DNA from: Chlorokybus atmophyticus
Taxonomy: Eukaryota > Plantae > Mesostigma and Chlorokybus algae
Reading direction: 5' to 3'
DNA: 64,000 nucleotides
NCBI GenBank assembly: GCA_009103225.1
Contig: RHPI01002656.1
Location: forward strand, 186,001 to 250,000
Shown here: positions 37,349-51,563 of the stretch, piece by piece
How positions within the stretch are numbered: the stretch's first letter is position 1
How the letters are laid out: each line of letters opens with the position of its first letter
Made by a program: the position numbers and the translations under genes
Notes under the pieces: generated by a model
Database searches by the model: none
Told to the model about the DNA's origin: nothing
Seen by the model: the letters and a program-made list of their open reading frames with translations, nothing else

Positions 37349-39088
37349 GTTTGTACTGTTTGCACTGGCATTGAAGAATGTTGCAAGTAACACACCCCTT
37401 TTTCTTTCCTTAAACCATAAGGGTTGCACGAGTGGAATTATATTACGAGCAATGTTTGTAAGCGGTTGACAGAATGAGGCGTATGTATAGATGCTTGATT
37501 GGCTGCGTTTGTAAAAGCAAAGATGCAATTGAGGCATTGCAGGCACTACACTGCAATGGCCTACCAATAACTTAATTTGAAGCTGTTATAAAGCGCATGT
37601 TGATACTTTCCTGAACACTTTGTTAAAGATGGTTATTACAAGTTCGACTTATATCAATGCGGGCAGGGGCGGTTGCCACGCATGCGGCATGCGCCAAGGT
37701 TAATCTTGAGTAGACACCATTCACACTGTGTAACTTACCTATGAGTAATCACTATAATGATATGATAAATGTACGGGAAAGGTGTAGTAACTTCAAGATC
37801 ATACAAGGTATATTGTTACTGGTCGAACGCGTTTGTTCATTATTATGCATCATGATTGGATCGCTAAGAACCAATGCGCTGCATATGGAAAGTAAAAGGG
37901 CAACATGCATGTCAGATGCTGCTCATCGTTAAGCTGTTGCACATTTTAGCTTGCCAATTGCGGAACGCGTGTCAAAGCAAACACCACACCTGAAGTAAGC
38001 CTTATGCTGCATAAGTTATGCATTGAATGCATGCTCACCTACTGTGCAGGGAAGCTATGCGACAATGCCACATGACATTGTCATGGCGGCGGTATAGGCT
38101 ACTACTTACCGTTATCTCTGCAAAATCCATGTACCTAGGGTAAGGGTAATGCTTAGGGTAAGGGTAAGGTGCCCTCCATGACCTAATGCAGTATATAATA
38201 CAGTGTAGCCACCCGGTACTTACCGTTCTGTGTGTCGTGCTTGGCTTTCCTTCCGTAGCCATGCATGCATGTTCATTGCACAGGCAAGCTGTGTTGAGTT
38301 GTAACTAAGCTTGACTGCCTGCGCCTTGCGCAATGGCGCTGATTGGGCGCTGAAGTGGCGGAGGTAGCGACGGTGCCGGCGGCGGTGGTGCTGGTAGCGG
38401 GCGAGAATGCCGTCTCAGCAGGTAACCTTGCATGTGCGTTGACCTTCGCGTACTCTGCTGGTCAGCGCAATTGATGAGAGAGCATGCTGTCGCAGACCAC
38501 AGCCGGTGAGTGGCGCTAGGCTTGCGAGCTTGGTGCTGGTTAGGGTTGCAAAAGTAAAGACTCACACGGACAGCCAGGCCGTGCGTAGGGCAGACTGTAT
38601 GGCAATCTGTCAATTGTCTTGACGGCAATGAACGTTAGCAGAAGATGTCGATGTCCAGCTCCAGTCCAGCTGCATGCACTATGTTGCGCTGTTTATTATG
38701 ACATTCGGGTCTACTATACGCCACACTGTTCAACGGTAGAGTTGAAACCAGCATAGCAACCACAGTGCTCTGCACATCAAACAAATTAGTTGCACAACGA
38801 GCACGGTGGCAGCAGTCGAACTCCTCTGCACAGCACAAAGCACACACAGCACTGCTCTCATGATGCGACTAACTGGACTGACCGGACTGGTAATGTGTCA
38901 TCATGTACTGTTCAGGCAGCTCGCCCAATCCTTATTGCAATCTGCCACCGCTGAAACCTACTGGCATTGATGTGGCGTGCATTCGCTGCTGTGTACAGGT
39001 GTATGACGACATGAAGTAAAGGGCACTGCACGCTTGTGACAAGCCACGTTGACAGCGCAGCTTAGGGCTCTGCACAGCATTGCCTACG

Positions 39089-41057
39089 ATGACCCGTACT
39101 TCAACAGCAGACTGGGCAAACCTCCCGACACTGGCTCTTCTGCGCGTGCTGGCAGCTGCTGGGGGCAGCGCTGCTGGCATCGCCGCAGCCGTCTGCAAGT
39201 ACGACACTTGCTGGTCATCAGCAACCGAGCATGTTCATTTTGGGTGTCACCTTGTGACTTTGCCTGTGTCTAGCTTAGGAGCAATGCGAGAGGTAGGCAC
39301 TGGCAAACTGGATGCACATGGGAAAATTGGCGCACCGACGCGCAAGTCCAGTAGCTCTCATCAGTACAAACATCAGTACTACAAGCATGCCATCACCTCA
39401 GTCATGCAACATGCATTTGCTGCCAGGAGGGTTGAAACTTGGCAGCTGCTGCATGTCTGATTACCTGAGTCAGCGTAGGCACACATGGCAACATGCTTTA
39501 GAATAATGCCACTGTTACCTGCCGCTGACGCGCACAACAATCTCAAGGTCATGGCGGGAGGTCGCAGCATCAGAGACGTTGTGGCACGAGCTCTGCGAGG
39601 ATGAGAGCATAAAGAAGCTTGACTTATCCACATGGGCTGGAGCGTACGCGCAAAATGTGCGCACTCGTTGCAATTGGCAAAACGGGTTGTTTCGCGCAAC
39701 ACAATGGTGCCCTCAAGGGTCACGTAAGCAAACACAACCCACAACATGCAAGCGAGTGTGATGGACGCCATGACACTCAACCCTGACAACCACGGTGCAG
39801 GTGAAGGCCCCTGGGTCTCGGGCGTGTACATGTTTGAGGGCTTCATTGTGCTCTTGCAGAATGTGGTACGCAAGGGAGAGCAGAACTGCAAACTGCGGCT
39901 GGACGTGTGGGACCACGCGACGGGCGCTCACCTGCACGAGTTGCGAAGTTGGTGGCATCCTGGCTTCCGGGCGCTGATAAGCGGGCACAGGGATCGGCTG
40001 GTTGCATGCAACAGCACGCGTACGGGCGCGATGCATGTGTGGCATATCCCCTCGGGCCGCCTCCTCATCCACGCCGTGCCAGACAACCCTGTCCCCTCGG
40101 TTATGCGCATCGAGATGAACGACACACACCTCGTCACCGCCTACTTGGACGGCAACTCAGTATTGGTCTGATATATGACGGCAACAATCAGCCAAATTTC
40201 AACATGTTACTTGCCACGCTTGCCTGGCACTGGCTGAAGGTCCTTTGCCAGGTGCGTGCTTGGGATGCTAACCACTTGGGGATGCTGTCTCAAAAGCGAT
40301 GGCGAGTGGTAGATGCGGAGGTGTGTTTCGGGCTGTACTGCAACACGGTGGAGTTCGCTTCATGCACACGGGGGTGGCATGTTGCAGACGGCGACTTTAC
40401 ACGCGCCGTGAGATCATCGCGTGGGACCTGTTTGTGCGGGAAGAGGTGTTTAGCGTGATCCTGGGCTATGGTTACAACAGGGTCAACGCTCTGTTCTTGG
40501 ACGTGAACACCATCTACGGCTGCTTCCAGGAGTCTGTCTGCTTGTGGGACAACGCAACGGCTTCTGCAAACAGTACGCATACCCGACACTCACCTCGGTG
40601 TCGACGAGTGAGTGGCCACTGTCCTATCCTGCGCCTGAATGCAGTTGCATGTTTAACGTTATGGAGTCATTGTCATGGCAGGTGGAGTGCGTTAACCAAG
40701 CTCGTTGTGCATGAAGGATGGAATCTGGTTGGCATGGGCTGGGCATGCAGAGGCGCTCTCTCGGAGAACGCTGTCACCGACCTGGATGTGTTCTTCGCGC
40801 CCGTTGAGCTACGCAAAGGTGACCCACATTTACTTATCCATGGTCTGGTTTGGAAACTAAGGCATGATTGATGTGCATTTGTAGGGTCACGTGCCAGTCG
40901 CAAAGACAAATTTTATCGCAAGCGTGTCTTGGATGGCACCGAGTACCTCGCCAGCCCTCTTGTATCGTTGGTGGCTTGCTGGCCGACCATTTGCGCCATT
41001 GGCACCGGCTCTGCTGTCGGCATGTTGACTGCATCTCCAGCGGCAAATGGTGTATAA
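39089..41057 (+). pseudogene. F-box/WD40-like copy 2, frameshifted
   Basis: Same exon structure as copy 1. A 1-nt deletion near 40400 (stop at 40458) and a 5-nt deletion near 40550 relative to copy 1. Confidence 0.8.
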
Positions 41058-42995
41058 GAGTTCTGACTGGGTGTGTAACCGCCCGTAGTTCTGGAGTTGT
41101 GTCTTGGTTCTAGCCACTGTGCTCGTTACCGCAGCATGTGCGTGTACTCCGTATTCTGTCAACACGTATACACAGTACTCATGTTGTGAGTAGCGTGTAA
41201 GTAGCAGAGGTGTGAGAGTGTAGCATGTGCCCGGTGGATGTAAGCATGTGATTGAGGTGAGTGCGAGTGTTATACGGATGGACATGCTGAACGCGTGCTG
41301 CGCATTCATTGCATGCACCTCGAATCCCTGTACAACATCGCCTTGCATGTATACACAACTTCAGTCTATCCATTGTCATTGTGCATTGCTTTCATGATTG
41401 CCTATAGCAACCGTCCAAAGCCTTCAGAAGTAATGTCGCACTTTGTCAGATGCAACATGTGTCGTATGCAACCAATAACACAAAATCTACAAACCCCTCA
41501 ATTAACAATGCATTGTAAAACGTAATTATCGAGTTGATGATAGGACGACTTCAGTGATTGATGGTGATGGTAAAATCACATGCACTTCCTCAATAATATG
41601 TGTGTATTGTAAGTTGCATTACACACATGGTATTGAGGAAGCGAAGTACTACTACTGCAGTGGTACTTCACTCAATCCATAACGTTAGCAAACTTGTACA
41701 TACGCTAAACAACTGCTTGAAATGTTTGTACTCAAACCTGCGAGTTATTGCGTTGGGCATTCGCAGAACCTTCTTGACAGGCCACAATTGACGTTGTTAC
41801 TGCACTTGCATTGTGAAAGCATGTGCAGACTTGCGTTAACTTCGTAATGCTATCATTTACCAACTAGCCAGCCCACAAGAGCATATAATATAAAGCTTTG
41901 CAATATTGATAGGTATGCAACATTATGTTTCATACTAAAATGATAAAGTATATGTGTCACCATCACGCAAGGAAGCTTTGCAAGTCCATTTGTAAAATTC
42001 TCTTGTCAATGGCTAGTATCAACATTATTGGTGGCACCGTACAAGGTACATCATGCCAATGACGTACTTTTGCCAAAGAAGTCGACGTTTCCATGTGGCA
42101 CACTGCACTTCTTTGCGTCATGCTGCTTGCCTGTAAGTTAGCTTAAGCAGCTTTCGTCGTTGCGGGCGATCATGCACGGCGACGACTGGCCGTCGCCATG
42201 CATGGTGTTTGTACTGTTTGCACTGGCATTGAAGAATGTTGCAAGTAACACAAGCAGGCAAGCTGTAGGCCTAGCTAAATCTGCTGCGTAAGCGGCGCTA
42301 GTTGGGCGGTGAGGCAGGAAAGGTAGCACTGTTAGCTGGCGTGAACGCCATCAGCAGGTGAGCTGCAAGTGCCCTCTTGCGGGCTGCTAATTGGACGGCG
42401 AACTTGCTGGAAAAGTATGCTGGTATAGACCACAGCTGGTGAGTTGCGCTGTGCTAGGTGCTGGTTAGAAGTGCACGAGTAGAGCCACACACGGTGCTTG
42501 AAGTTGCAAGGGACAGCATATGTGTGAATTGTCTTGACGGCAGGACAGTGGGTTTCCAGCTCCAGTGCAGCTGCACTTGCCATGTTGGGGTACCTTACAA
42601 GCCTCACTGTGCAACGGCAAACGTTAAAGTAACAGTACAACCACCTGGCACGCAAAACTAACTAGCTCCGTGCAAAGCAGCAGTTTGAACTTTTTCCTGT
42701 GCTTTGTGCATGGTTTCCAACTGCTTGGCATGGAAGAAGCACAACGAACGTTGTTGCTGAAACAGTTCTGTTGTTATACAACGGTTGTCTGGACTGGACT
42801 CACACTTGTGATGTGTCATCATGCAACGGTTCATGTAGGCTCGCCGTAAGTATTGATGCCATCTGGCACAAACGAAACATGCTGCGGGCATGTATGTGCT
42901 GCTGTGTACAGGTGTACAATGCACCGACATAGATACCACTGCAGGCTACACAACAACCAAGCAGCTCAGGCTCTGCACAGACTTGCACGTGCGCA

Positions 42996-44989
42996 ATGAC
43001 CGCTGATTCAGAGGCAGACTGGGCGAACCTGCCGGCACTGGCGCTTCTACGCGTGCTGGAAGCTGCCGGGGGCAGCACTGCTGGCATCGCTGCCACCGTC
43101 TGCAGGTACGACATTTGCTGCAAGCCACCACAACACTTGGCTAGCATGTTCCCTGTCGTTCAGTGTAGCCGTCAATCTGGGGCTCTACAATCCAGTGACT
43201 TCCGGTGTTCAGCTCAGAAGCACTGCATTAACTACAACGATATTGACAATACAGCATGTGCAACTGCTCCAGTGCAGTAGCTCTCAGTAGCATAAGCATC
43301 AGCACTCTGAGCATGCGGTTGACTCAGTCATGCAACCAGGGAGCTTGCTGTAGGGTTGACTGTGGCAGCAGCTTCGTGTCGCACTTGTAGTCGAGTGAGC
43401 ATAGGCACACATAGCAACATGCTTTGGAAAGTTGCATGTATCAATTGCCGCTGACAAGTGCAGCACTTCCAAGGTCATGGCGGGAGGCCGCAGCATCGGA
43501 AGTGTTGTGGCACGAGCTTTGCAATGGTGAGAGCATACATAAGGATGGCTTGTCCACCTGGGCTGGTACATATGCTCAGGAGGCGCGCACGCGGTGCAAC
43601 TGGCAACACGGACGATTTTGCACAACACAATGGTCACCTCAAGGCCCGCGTAAGCATACACAAGTCACACCATGCCAGTGTGTGTGTTGCATGCCACCGC
43701 ACTCACCCACAACGACATTGGTGCAGGTGATGGCCACTGGGTGACAGGCGTGTACATATTCGAGGGCTTCACTGTGCTTTTGCAGAATGTGATACGCGAG
43801 GGTGAGCCGATTAGAGTGCGGCTGGACGTGTGGGATGGCGCGACGGGTGCTCATCTGCATGAGCTGCAAAGCTGGCGGGATCCCGGCTTCCAGGTGCTAA
43901 TAAGCGGGCATAAGGACCGCCTGGTTGCTTGCGACGGCACTGGTGCGATGTACCTGTGGCATGTTCCCTCGGGCCGCCTCCTCACCCACGCCGTCCCAGA
44001 CAATCCCCATCCCTTGGTTGTGCGTGTCGAGATGGACGACACACACGTCGTTACCGCTCATATGGGCGACAACTCCGTACTGGTACGCTGTTGTGTGACG
44101 ATGTCATGACAATTGTTACAGTCAGCTATGTGTCCAGAAATTTGCTTGCCATGCTTATTGACTAAGGACCTTGTGCCAGGTCCGCGCTTGGGATGCTCAT
44201 CATCTTGGGATGCTGTCTTACAAGCGATGGAGGGAGGTGGATGTGGCGGTGTGTTTTGGGCTGTACCGCAACACGGCGGAGTTCGCTTACTCCATGACCG
44301 GGCGGAACATCACGGATGAGGACTTGACCCCGCGCTGCGAGATCATCGTGTGGGACCTGTTTGCGCGTGAAGAGGTGTTCAGCGCAGCCCTGGATTATGG
44401 TTACGATGCGGTCAACGCCCTGTTCATGGACGCGAACACCATCTATGGCTGCGTTGATGAGTTTGTCTGCTTGTGGGACAAAGCAACGCAACGGCCTCTG
44501 CGCACATTATGTTTACCCGACACTCACTCCTTGCATTACAATCCAGCGTGAGTGAAATCCTGCACTGCACTGCTTACTTGGTTACAGTCGGCTGGTATTC
44601 GGGTGATCGGATCCTTGTAATGGCAGGGAGGATTCGTTCGACCTGATTGTGCATAAAGGATGGATGTTTGTTGGCATGAGCTGGGGGTCTGAGAGCGGCA
44701 ACACTGATCTGGATGTGTTCTTCGCACCTGTGGAGTCACGCAAAGGTGAGAGCCACACATACAAGTAGTTGTAGTTGTAGTTTGTTCAAACTACTGTGCA
44801 ATACGCGCGTGTGTAGGGTCATGGGCCAAGCCCACAGTCGAGTTTGCTTGGGAGCGTGTGCTGGATGGCACCGACTACATCGCCAATGCTCTTGTATCAT
44901 TAACGGTCTGCTGGCCAACCATTTGCGCGGTCGGCATCAGCTCTGATGTCGGCATGTTGACTACGTCCCCCGCGGCAACTGGTACCTAA
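42996..44989 (+). pseudogene. F-box/WD40-like copy 3, frameshift in exon 5 (truncated or pseudogene)
   Basis: Same exon structure. gtgcataaggatgg versus copy 1 gtgcatgaaggatgg, a 1-nt deletion near 44655 causing a premature stop. Confidence 0.7.
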
Positions 44990-45850
44990 AAGTTTCGACT
45001 TGGTTTATAACATTGATGCTGCAGTCGTGTGCAACAACCAGGAGTGCTGGAGTCGTGCTTGTTTGAAGCCTTCGTGCTGGTTAATATAGCATGTGTATGC
45101 TTATATTTCGTCCGGCTTTGTCAGCATGTATAGGTCACAACCAACGGAGGTGATTGGTAGCACAAGGCAGCGCGCAGCTTCAATTCAGCCATAGCCACAA
45201 CACAACAACGTTAGGTGGGGTGGGGTGGGGGTCCACTAGCTAAGACCAGTGCACTAGATCACAGGGAGCAGAGGAGGGGAAGGGCAGGCAGCAAGCACAA
45301 GCAAGGGCAAGAGAACCAGCTTCATCTGCCAGCACTGCGCATGTACACACACGTCCTCGCACTTTATGGTCATTGCATACATTACATCCACCACCCTTTG
45401 TGTTAATCCAACCTCATCATTGTCCCCCCGTCCCCCCGCCCCCCGCGCCCGTTCTCAACATGTCAGCAAGGATACGAGATACTGCCTCATCACATCGAAC
45501 AAGCACAGCGGGGCATTGGCTATGACAACATAGGCTTGCCCGGCTAGCAAGTTTGGCTGGGTGCACGCTTGCAAGTTGTCTGTATCCGCGTCGCACAACC
45601 ACAACACCAGCCTCCATGTAGACCAAGACCTCGTTTACTACTAAACTCCCGCTGACATGGATCTCACACCTCTGATGCAAAATGCATATCTGACGCCAAC
45701 TCAGATTGTACTGAACAAATTACTACAACAGGTTTGGCATGGTGCACAATAGGCCTTATCCCTCGATTTATATACCTAACCAGCTGTTTGTACAGCAAGC
45801 AGTTGCTATGCTACTATTTAGATTACTACCAGGCCATACTATCTACCACG

Positions 45851-47711
45851 CTAGCTCATCATGTCACTCATTGCCACGTGCCACGTGCTCAATCCAAGAT
45901 GCTTCCGCACCGCTGCGAGGACGTACGGCGCTCCCGATATGTGTGGCAGATGTCCCTTTGTGGGTAGAATCTCGTATATGCACTCTTTCAACCTGGAGGC
46001 CATGTAGACCGTGATGTGCTCCGGCACCGCGTGATCCTCGCGACCCTGTAACAACACACAGGGCACTTGCACAAGAGGCAACGCGTCCCGGAAATCAGTC
46101 TGCGCACAAGCCAAACCACATGTCAGCAAATGCATGATGCAGACCAGTCAGGTCATGATTGGTTGGTAGTGCTAGTTGATACGGTGTTCGCTACACATTG
46201 GCTTTTGAATGAACAGACACAGTTCTGCTTTGATTGCCTGTTGCTGCCTACAATGCCTCACCAAAAAAGATGTCCGAGCGGTCGATATGGCAACATCTGG
46301 GCGCAACTGAACCAGTCCTCGCGCAAACTCGTCAATCGCTTCGCTGTTGTCTTCTACAATCGCGCGTGGAGCGAACCCAGCAACCCATGACAAGTAGTTG
46401 TCCTGCATGGCTGAAAACACAACGTCCAGATCTTCCAGCCTGCATAAATCAACTGTGACGCAGCACCACACTGACTGTAAATGCATAGCATACAATATCT
46501 TCAAAGTCATTCATGAGATGCGGCAATGCACAGTTGCTTCTGTGCTGCGTTGTTGGATAACCAACAGCCAGCTAATGTTTGCATGAGATACACTGCCTGT
46601 CACGCACTAGACTCTGATGCTGAACAGCGCTTGCCTGAATGGGCCTTCAAATCCTTCTTCCGGCTTGTAAATGTAACCAGGTGCTCCGCATATTGCAATG
46701 AGTTTGTCAAAAAGGTGTGGAGCTTCTATTGAGGCCAGCATGCCAACGTTGGCACCCAAACTGGCGCCCACGTAGATGCAGCTGTGCATACCGAGCTCGG
46801 CGAGAAGGTTCAACAGATCATCTGCATACCTGTATTCCAGTAAGCAAGATTAACACAAAGCACTGCGCATGCAACGCTTCCAGTGTGTGTGCACGCACAC
46901 ATGCATGCGTCTGCGCGGTTGCACAAAATAAGTTGAGGCTGATTACCCGTGAATTGTAGAATAACGCTCAAAGTCAAAGTTTTCGCCTGTAAGCGATGCT
47001 GCACAACCAGATGCAGAGTTAGCAGCGAGCACAGCGCTATGTGCCATCGGCCAGAGAAGGCAACTGAAACTGTAGTACACTAGCATGGGGTTGGGCGGTG
47101 CAAACACCACAAACTACTGGACTCAGTTGACTGCGCCAAGTAGTCTGTACTCGACTTTGTAGCAAACAACCCTGGACATGGAATGGACAGAAGGACTGGG
47201 GCAAGTGCAGCTTGTGCAAGTTTGCAAATATCAACGTGATGTAAGCCAAGTTGTAGCAATATTGTGGGCTTGTTGCTTGATTCCCCATAACAATGCTTTG
47301 ACTACAAGCGCCAGAGACAAGCAGCAACATGACTCACATGCACAAGCGTGATCGAAGGCAACGCATGTGAACTCCCGAACCAAGCCAGGGATGATCCTTT
47401 GCCACACCGTGTGATCCGTTCCAAACCCATGACCAAACACCTGCAGTGCGAAACGTGTTAGTGTGTGGACGCTGACACTATACTCTGTCACGAAGCATCA
47501 GATAAAAGTATACTCAAGCTGGCAAACCAGTATGAACTAAGCGCTCTTCCATACCGCAGGCTGCACACACATGCCCAAGAGACAAGCGACTACCAGTACA
47601 CAGGCTGAACCCAAACACTAAAGAGTGTGAACTTACCATGACTCTGTCTCCATTGCCGTAAACTTGCACGTTGTGCTTTCTTGCCAGCGGGCCTGATGTA
47701 TTCACCTGCAT
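45851..47711 (-). CDS. KAI2/D14/RsbQ-family alpha/beta-hydrolase
   Basis: HNVQVYGNGDRVM|VFGHGFGTDHTVWQRIIP...FDFERYSTIHG|YADDLLNLLAEL...YVGASLGANVG...GAPGY...YLSWVAGFAP...EFARGLVQLRPDVAISTARTSFL|TDFRDALPLVQVPCVLLQGREDHAVP...GHLPHIS. Ser-Asp-His triad positions are present. Confidence 0.9.
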
Positions 47712-48707
47712 GGCTGCAAACGTCCACCAACCTACAGACTTGCCACTTGCTTACCCCAACACCGAAATGCAGTTGAAGCTCAACAGCCGAATGGTATAAT
47801 CTACGTAACACTTGGCACTAAGCAACCTATGCCTTGCCTGAAATGAACTACACAACCAACACAAAGCTTCAGCACTAGATCCCAAGCAGCACCCAGCTCA
47901 ACACCTTCGCCTGGCACTGGTGCCACCACTGACCAAGTCACCACCAGCAGTGCCAGCAGCATGCAAAGCAAAGCCGTCGCACACAAACCATCAAGCACTG
48001 TCACAAGACAGTCTGATTCGGTGTTCAAGGAATGGTAGTCAACTTGTGACCCCTCCCCACCTTGCCGTACTTGTCGCCGCCGCCGTGGTCGTCGCCGCCA
48101 ATGCTGCCCATGCCGATTGCATGCTTCGCCGTCTTGGCGCAGCACTGATCCGTGCTGTTTCACCTCCCGGACGAAGGCTTGCCGCGTGTCCGGTTGCACT
48201 GCCAGACTGAACCGGTGGCGTCACCCGCAGTCACCCGGTGTAAAGCGTACCCAACCGGCGTTTGACTTAGCGTGCCGGCCCGTTAAGAAAAAGCTATCTG
48301 TTTGCTTTCGGCGTCGATTGACGGGAACATCAAGCCAATTCTCGATATCCTAGCTCCCCAACATGGATATCGCAAGCTGCTCCGATATCAGGTTACAAAG
48401 GATGTCTTCTCGTGGTACTGGTATCAACATTTCTCTCTTTCCACGTGGCAGCACAGAGAACATTTGCCGCCGCCGCTGCATTGTAAGAACGGCGACGACG
48501 GCGAGGACAAGCATGAAGCACAGCTTAGGGATGCGGCGCTCCGCTTTGGTCAGCTCTTGTGATGGATTGTAACAATTGTTGAGGTGGACGCCCCGTGCTT
48601 CGGCAGCACAACGGCCTGGTCTGGCCTGGCCTGGCCTGGCCTGGCCTGGCCTGGTGATGTTAGGGAGGAGGCTGCGTTAGGGTTGTAGGGGTCAGGCGGC
48701 AGCGGTG

Positions 48708-51563
48708 ATGAGGTGGGTGCAGGCGGGATCGGGGAATGTGAAGGGCGAGCCGCCGCTGGCCAGGAGCGGACATACGGCTGCCCACATCGCGGGCAAGCTC
48801 GTCGTCTTCGGCGGCCTGCACGAGAAGCAGTTCCTCAATGACGTCGTCGTCCTTGAGCTTGACACTCAGGTTTGATTGCAGCAGAATCAATAATGCAATA
48901 CGTGGTTAGATGTTACAGGTGGCAAATGGCGTGCTCACTGCATGCACACATTGCCATGGAACATGACACAAGCCAGGCTGCTACTGCAATAGCTAAGCTG
49001 ACCGCAGCAAAGCAAGCCTGATGTTCAACAGCAAATCAGGAGGCTTGCTTACATTGCTGCCAGCTTCAAGTGGAGGCAAACTCCATGCATTTGTGCATGT
49101 ACTTCACCTTTTTTTGGGTGTTTGACCCGCACTGATCTGCTCGTTCTCCGTCGTGAAAGGCAGGCCCATGATCCCACAAGTCTGCAACATCACTCTAATC
49201 ATTAGCAAACAGCACACACCGTCACACGCGCACCACCTCAACACACTACATTTGTAGTCTGTTACAATCATCACGCACGCGCCGCACTACAGCAACATGC
49301 CGTTGTCTCACGCCGACAGACGTGGACCCGTCCCTTATGCGTCGGCACCATCGACTCTCCCGACACCACCGAAGAAGAAGTCCCTTCCCACTCCGTGAAC
49401 GAGGGTCTGGGTCGCGTCCCCGGCCCCCGCGCCTTCCACGTGGCTGTCGTCGTGGAGTCGCGGCTGCTCTTTGTTTTCGGCGGGAGGTCCGGACGCGACC
49501 GACTGTCCGAGCTGTGGGTGCTTGACACTGCCACGTGGCAGTGGAGCCAGCCGAGGACGACGGGGAGTAATCCTGTGGCGAGGGAGTTCGCGGCGGGGGC
49601 GGCGTTGGGGAACAGGTGAGAAAGAGAGGAGGTTTTCGGGGCCTGACTGGTTGCACGCGCATGCATGTTTACACGTGTCAAAGCAATCAACCATCTGTTC
49701 AGGTTTGCTCGCAAGTGTGTGCAACATGGACATATGCGCGTACATGCACGCGTATGTGATTATGTGGTTGTATACGACATGTTGCCATGCTGCTGTCTGG
49801 TGTTGTGTGAGGAGCGAATGGAATTTGTGAATCGGTCGTGATTGAAGTTGTGTCGTTTGCAGGGTGCTTGTGTACGGCGGGTGGGATGGCAACGCGCTGC
49901 TGTCGGACGTGCACATACTCGACACGGTGTCAATGACATGGTCGCTTCTGCAAGTCAGCAGTCCCGCACCCCCGGCACGCCGCGGCCACTCCGCTGTCAT
50001 GCTCGAGCGCAGACTCCTCATATTCGGAGGTACAACATCATCATCGCGCACACCTCCTCCTAGCTATGTACATGAGCACAGCTGCGTGCACACATCCACA
50101 CAGGCGCGCGCATGCACACACGCGCACATGCACATCTGCACGCACGCCTTACACTGTCTCGCGCTTTCCATCACACAGGCACGGGTGGTAGTATGGGCAG
50201 TCTGAACGACTTGTGGGCGCTCAAGGGTTTGTACGGTGAGGAGCCCGCGGCGTGGACTCGCCTGCAGCTGGGCGGCACCGTGCCATCCGGACGCACGGGA
50301 CACTCCATCGTCGTGGCGGGACCGAGACTGCTCTTCTTCGGGGGCCACGGCGTCACGGGATGGCTGTCCAAGCAACAGGTGAGTGAGTTGTATGTTCACG
50401 TGCGCGTGTGCGTGTGTATGTGCAGAGTGCAGTTACTGATTGCTGGCTTTGTTGCCTTACTTTCGACAGGTGTATTATAATGAGTGTGTGGTACTGGACA
50501 GAGAGACTGTCAAGTGGGGTCGAATATCTACTAACGAGCCTCCATCTCAGGTAAGCTGTGTACTTGAAGTTCGCACATACGAGTACTAAGGAGCTAGCAA
50601 AGGTACACATGTACACATTCACACATGCATGCAAGCTTTCTGACGAGAGTTACACTGTACTACTCTTCAATGCGGTGCTTGACAAATAGGCTCTGTCTGC
50701 TGCAGCGTGCATATCACACAATGACAGCGATCGGCAGCCGTCGCCTCCTCGTTTTTGGTGGCTTTGACGGGCGCGCGTGCTTCGGGGACTCGTGGTGGCT
50801 CCTCAGCGAGGACGAGGCGTGGCGCCCGGGCCTGACCTGGACCACCCCTGTCGAGCCGGGCATACTCGTGCCTGTGGCAGATGGCCTGGGCAAGAGGTGT
50901 GTTCTGTGTGTTTGAGGGCCCGTTTGCAAGGTAGCGTGATGATTTTCAACATTGTGTGGTGTTCAGGCCCAGCCCTGTGAAAGGCAGGCAAGAGTCTGAG
51001 GTGACGAACTCCGCAGATGTGAATCAAGCTGCTTCGCAGCCACAAGAGGGCGATCGAGCTGCAATTGTAAGCACCTCCGGCTGTGTTGGGTTGTTGACTC
51101 ATGTTGTCCGAGTGGTACTTGCTGCAGAGCAGTTCATAAGTTGAATACCCGGGGAAACTTCATGCATCACAATCTCAACGGCTTGTTAAGTTTTCCATAT
51201 GGTTAATGACACCGCTCGTGTTGACAATAGGTAAAGTCCAGTGTTGGTGTTGAGTATAGCGCTCTTTTGCTCCCAATCGGTCAGCGCCTAACCGGTGAAG
51301 AGCAGCAGCAGCAAGATGAGCAGCTTTTGTCCATTGCTCGCTCCTACCTCAGCGCGTGTAACGCTGCCGACATCAGGCTCGGGGACTTGGAGGCGCTGCT
51401 GGCGGACTACCAGTGTCTGGCGTTGTCGAAAAGGCTAGATAGAGAGAATGAGATGTCCGCAACCGCTCTTCGGAGGTTTTCGCACTTCTCGCCGGCGTCA
51501 ATAAGAATGTCGGACGTTCAGCCACTGCTGGCGGGGTATCAACAACTGCTTTCCATGCGGTAG
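48708..51563 (+). CDS. Kelch-repeat (galactose oxidase-like) protein, plant conserved type
   Basis: MRWVQAGSGNVKGEPPLARSGHTAA...VVFGG; GPRAFHVA...VFGGRSG; LVYGGWDG; ARRGHSA...LIFGG; GRTGHS...FFGGHG; RAYHTMT...VFGGFDG...DSWWL; C-terminal LRLGD-like motif IRLGDLEALLADY. From memory this resembles Arabidopsis At2g36360. Confidence 0.9.

Noticed and set aside
47740-48130. Upstream ORF or N-terminal extension of the KAI2-like gene
   Set aside because: Candidate exons need a 23-nt intron or give the wrong frame; cannot be supported without transcripts.
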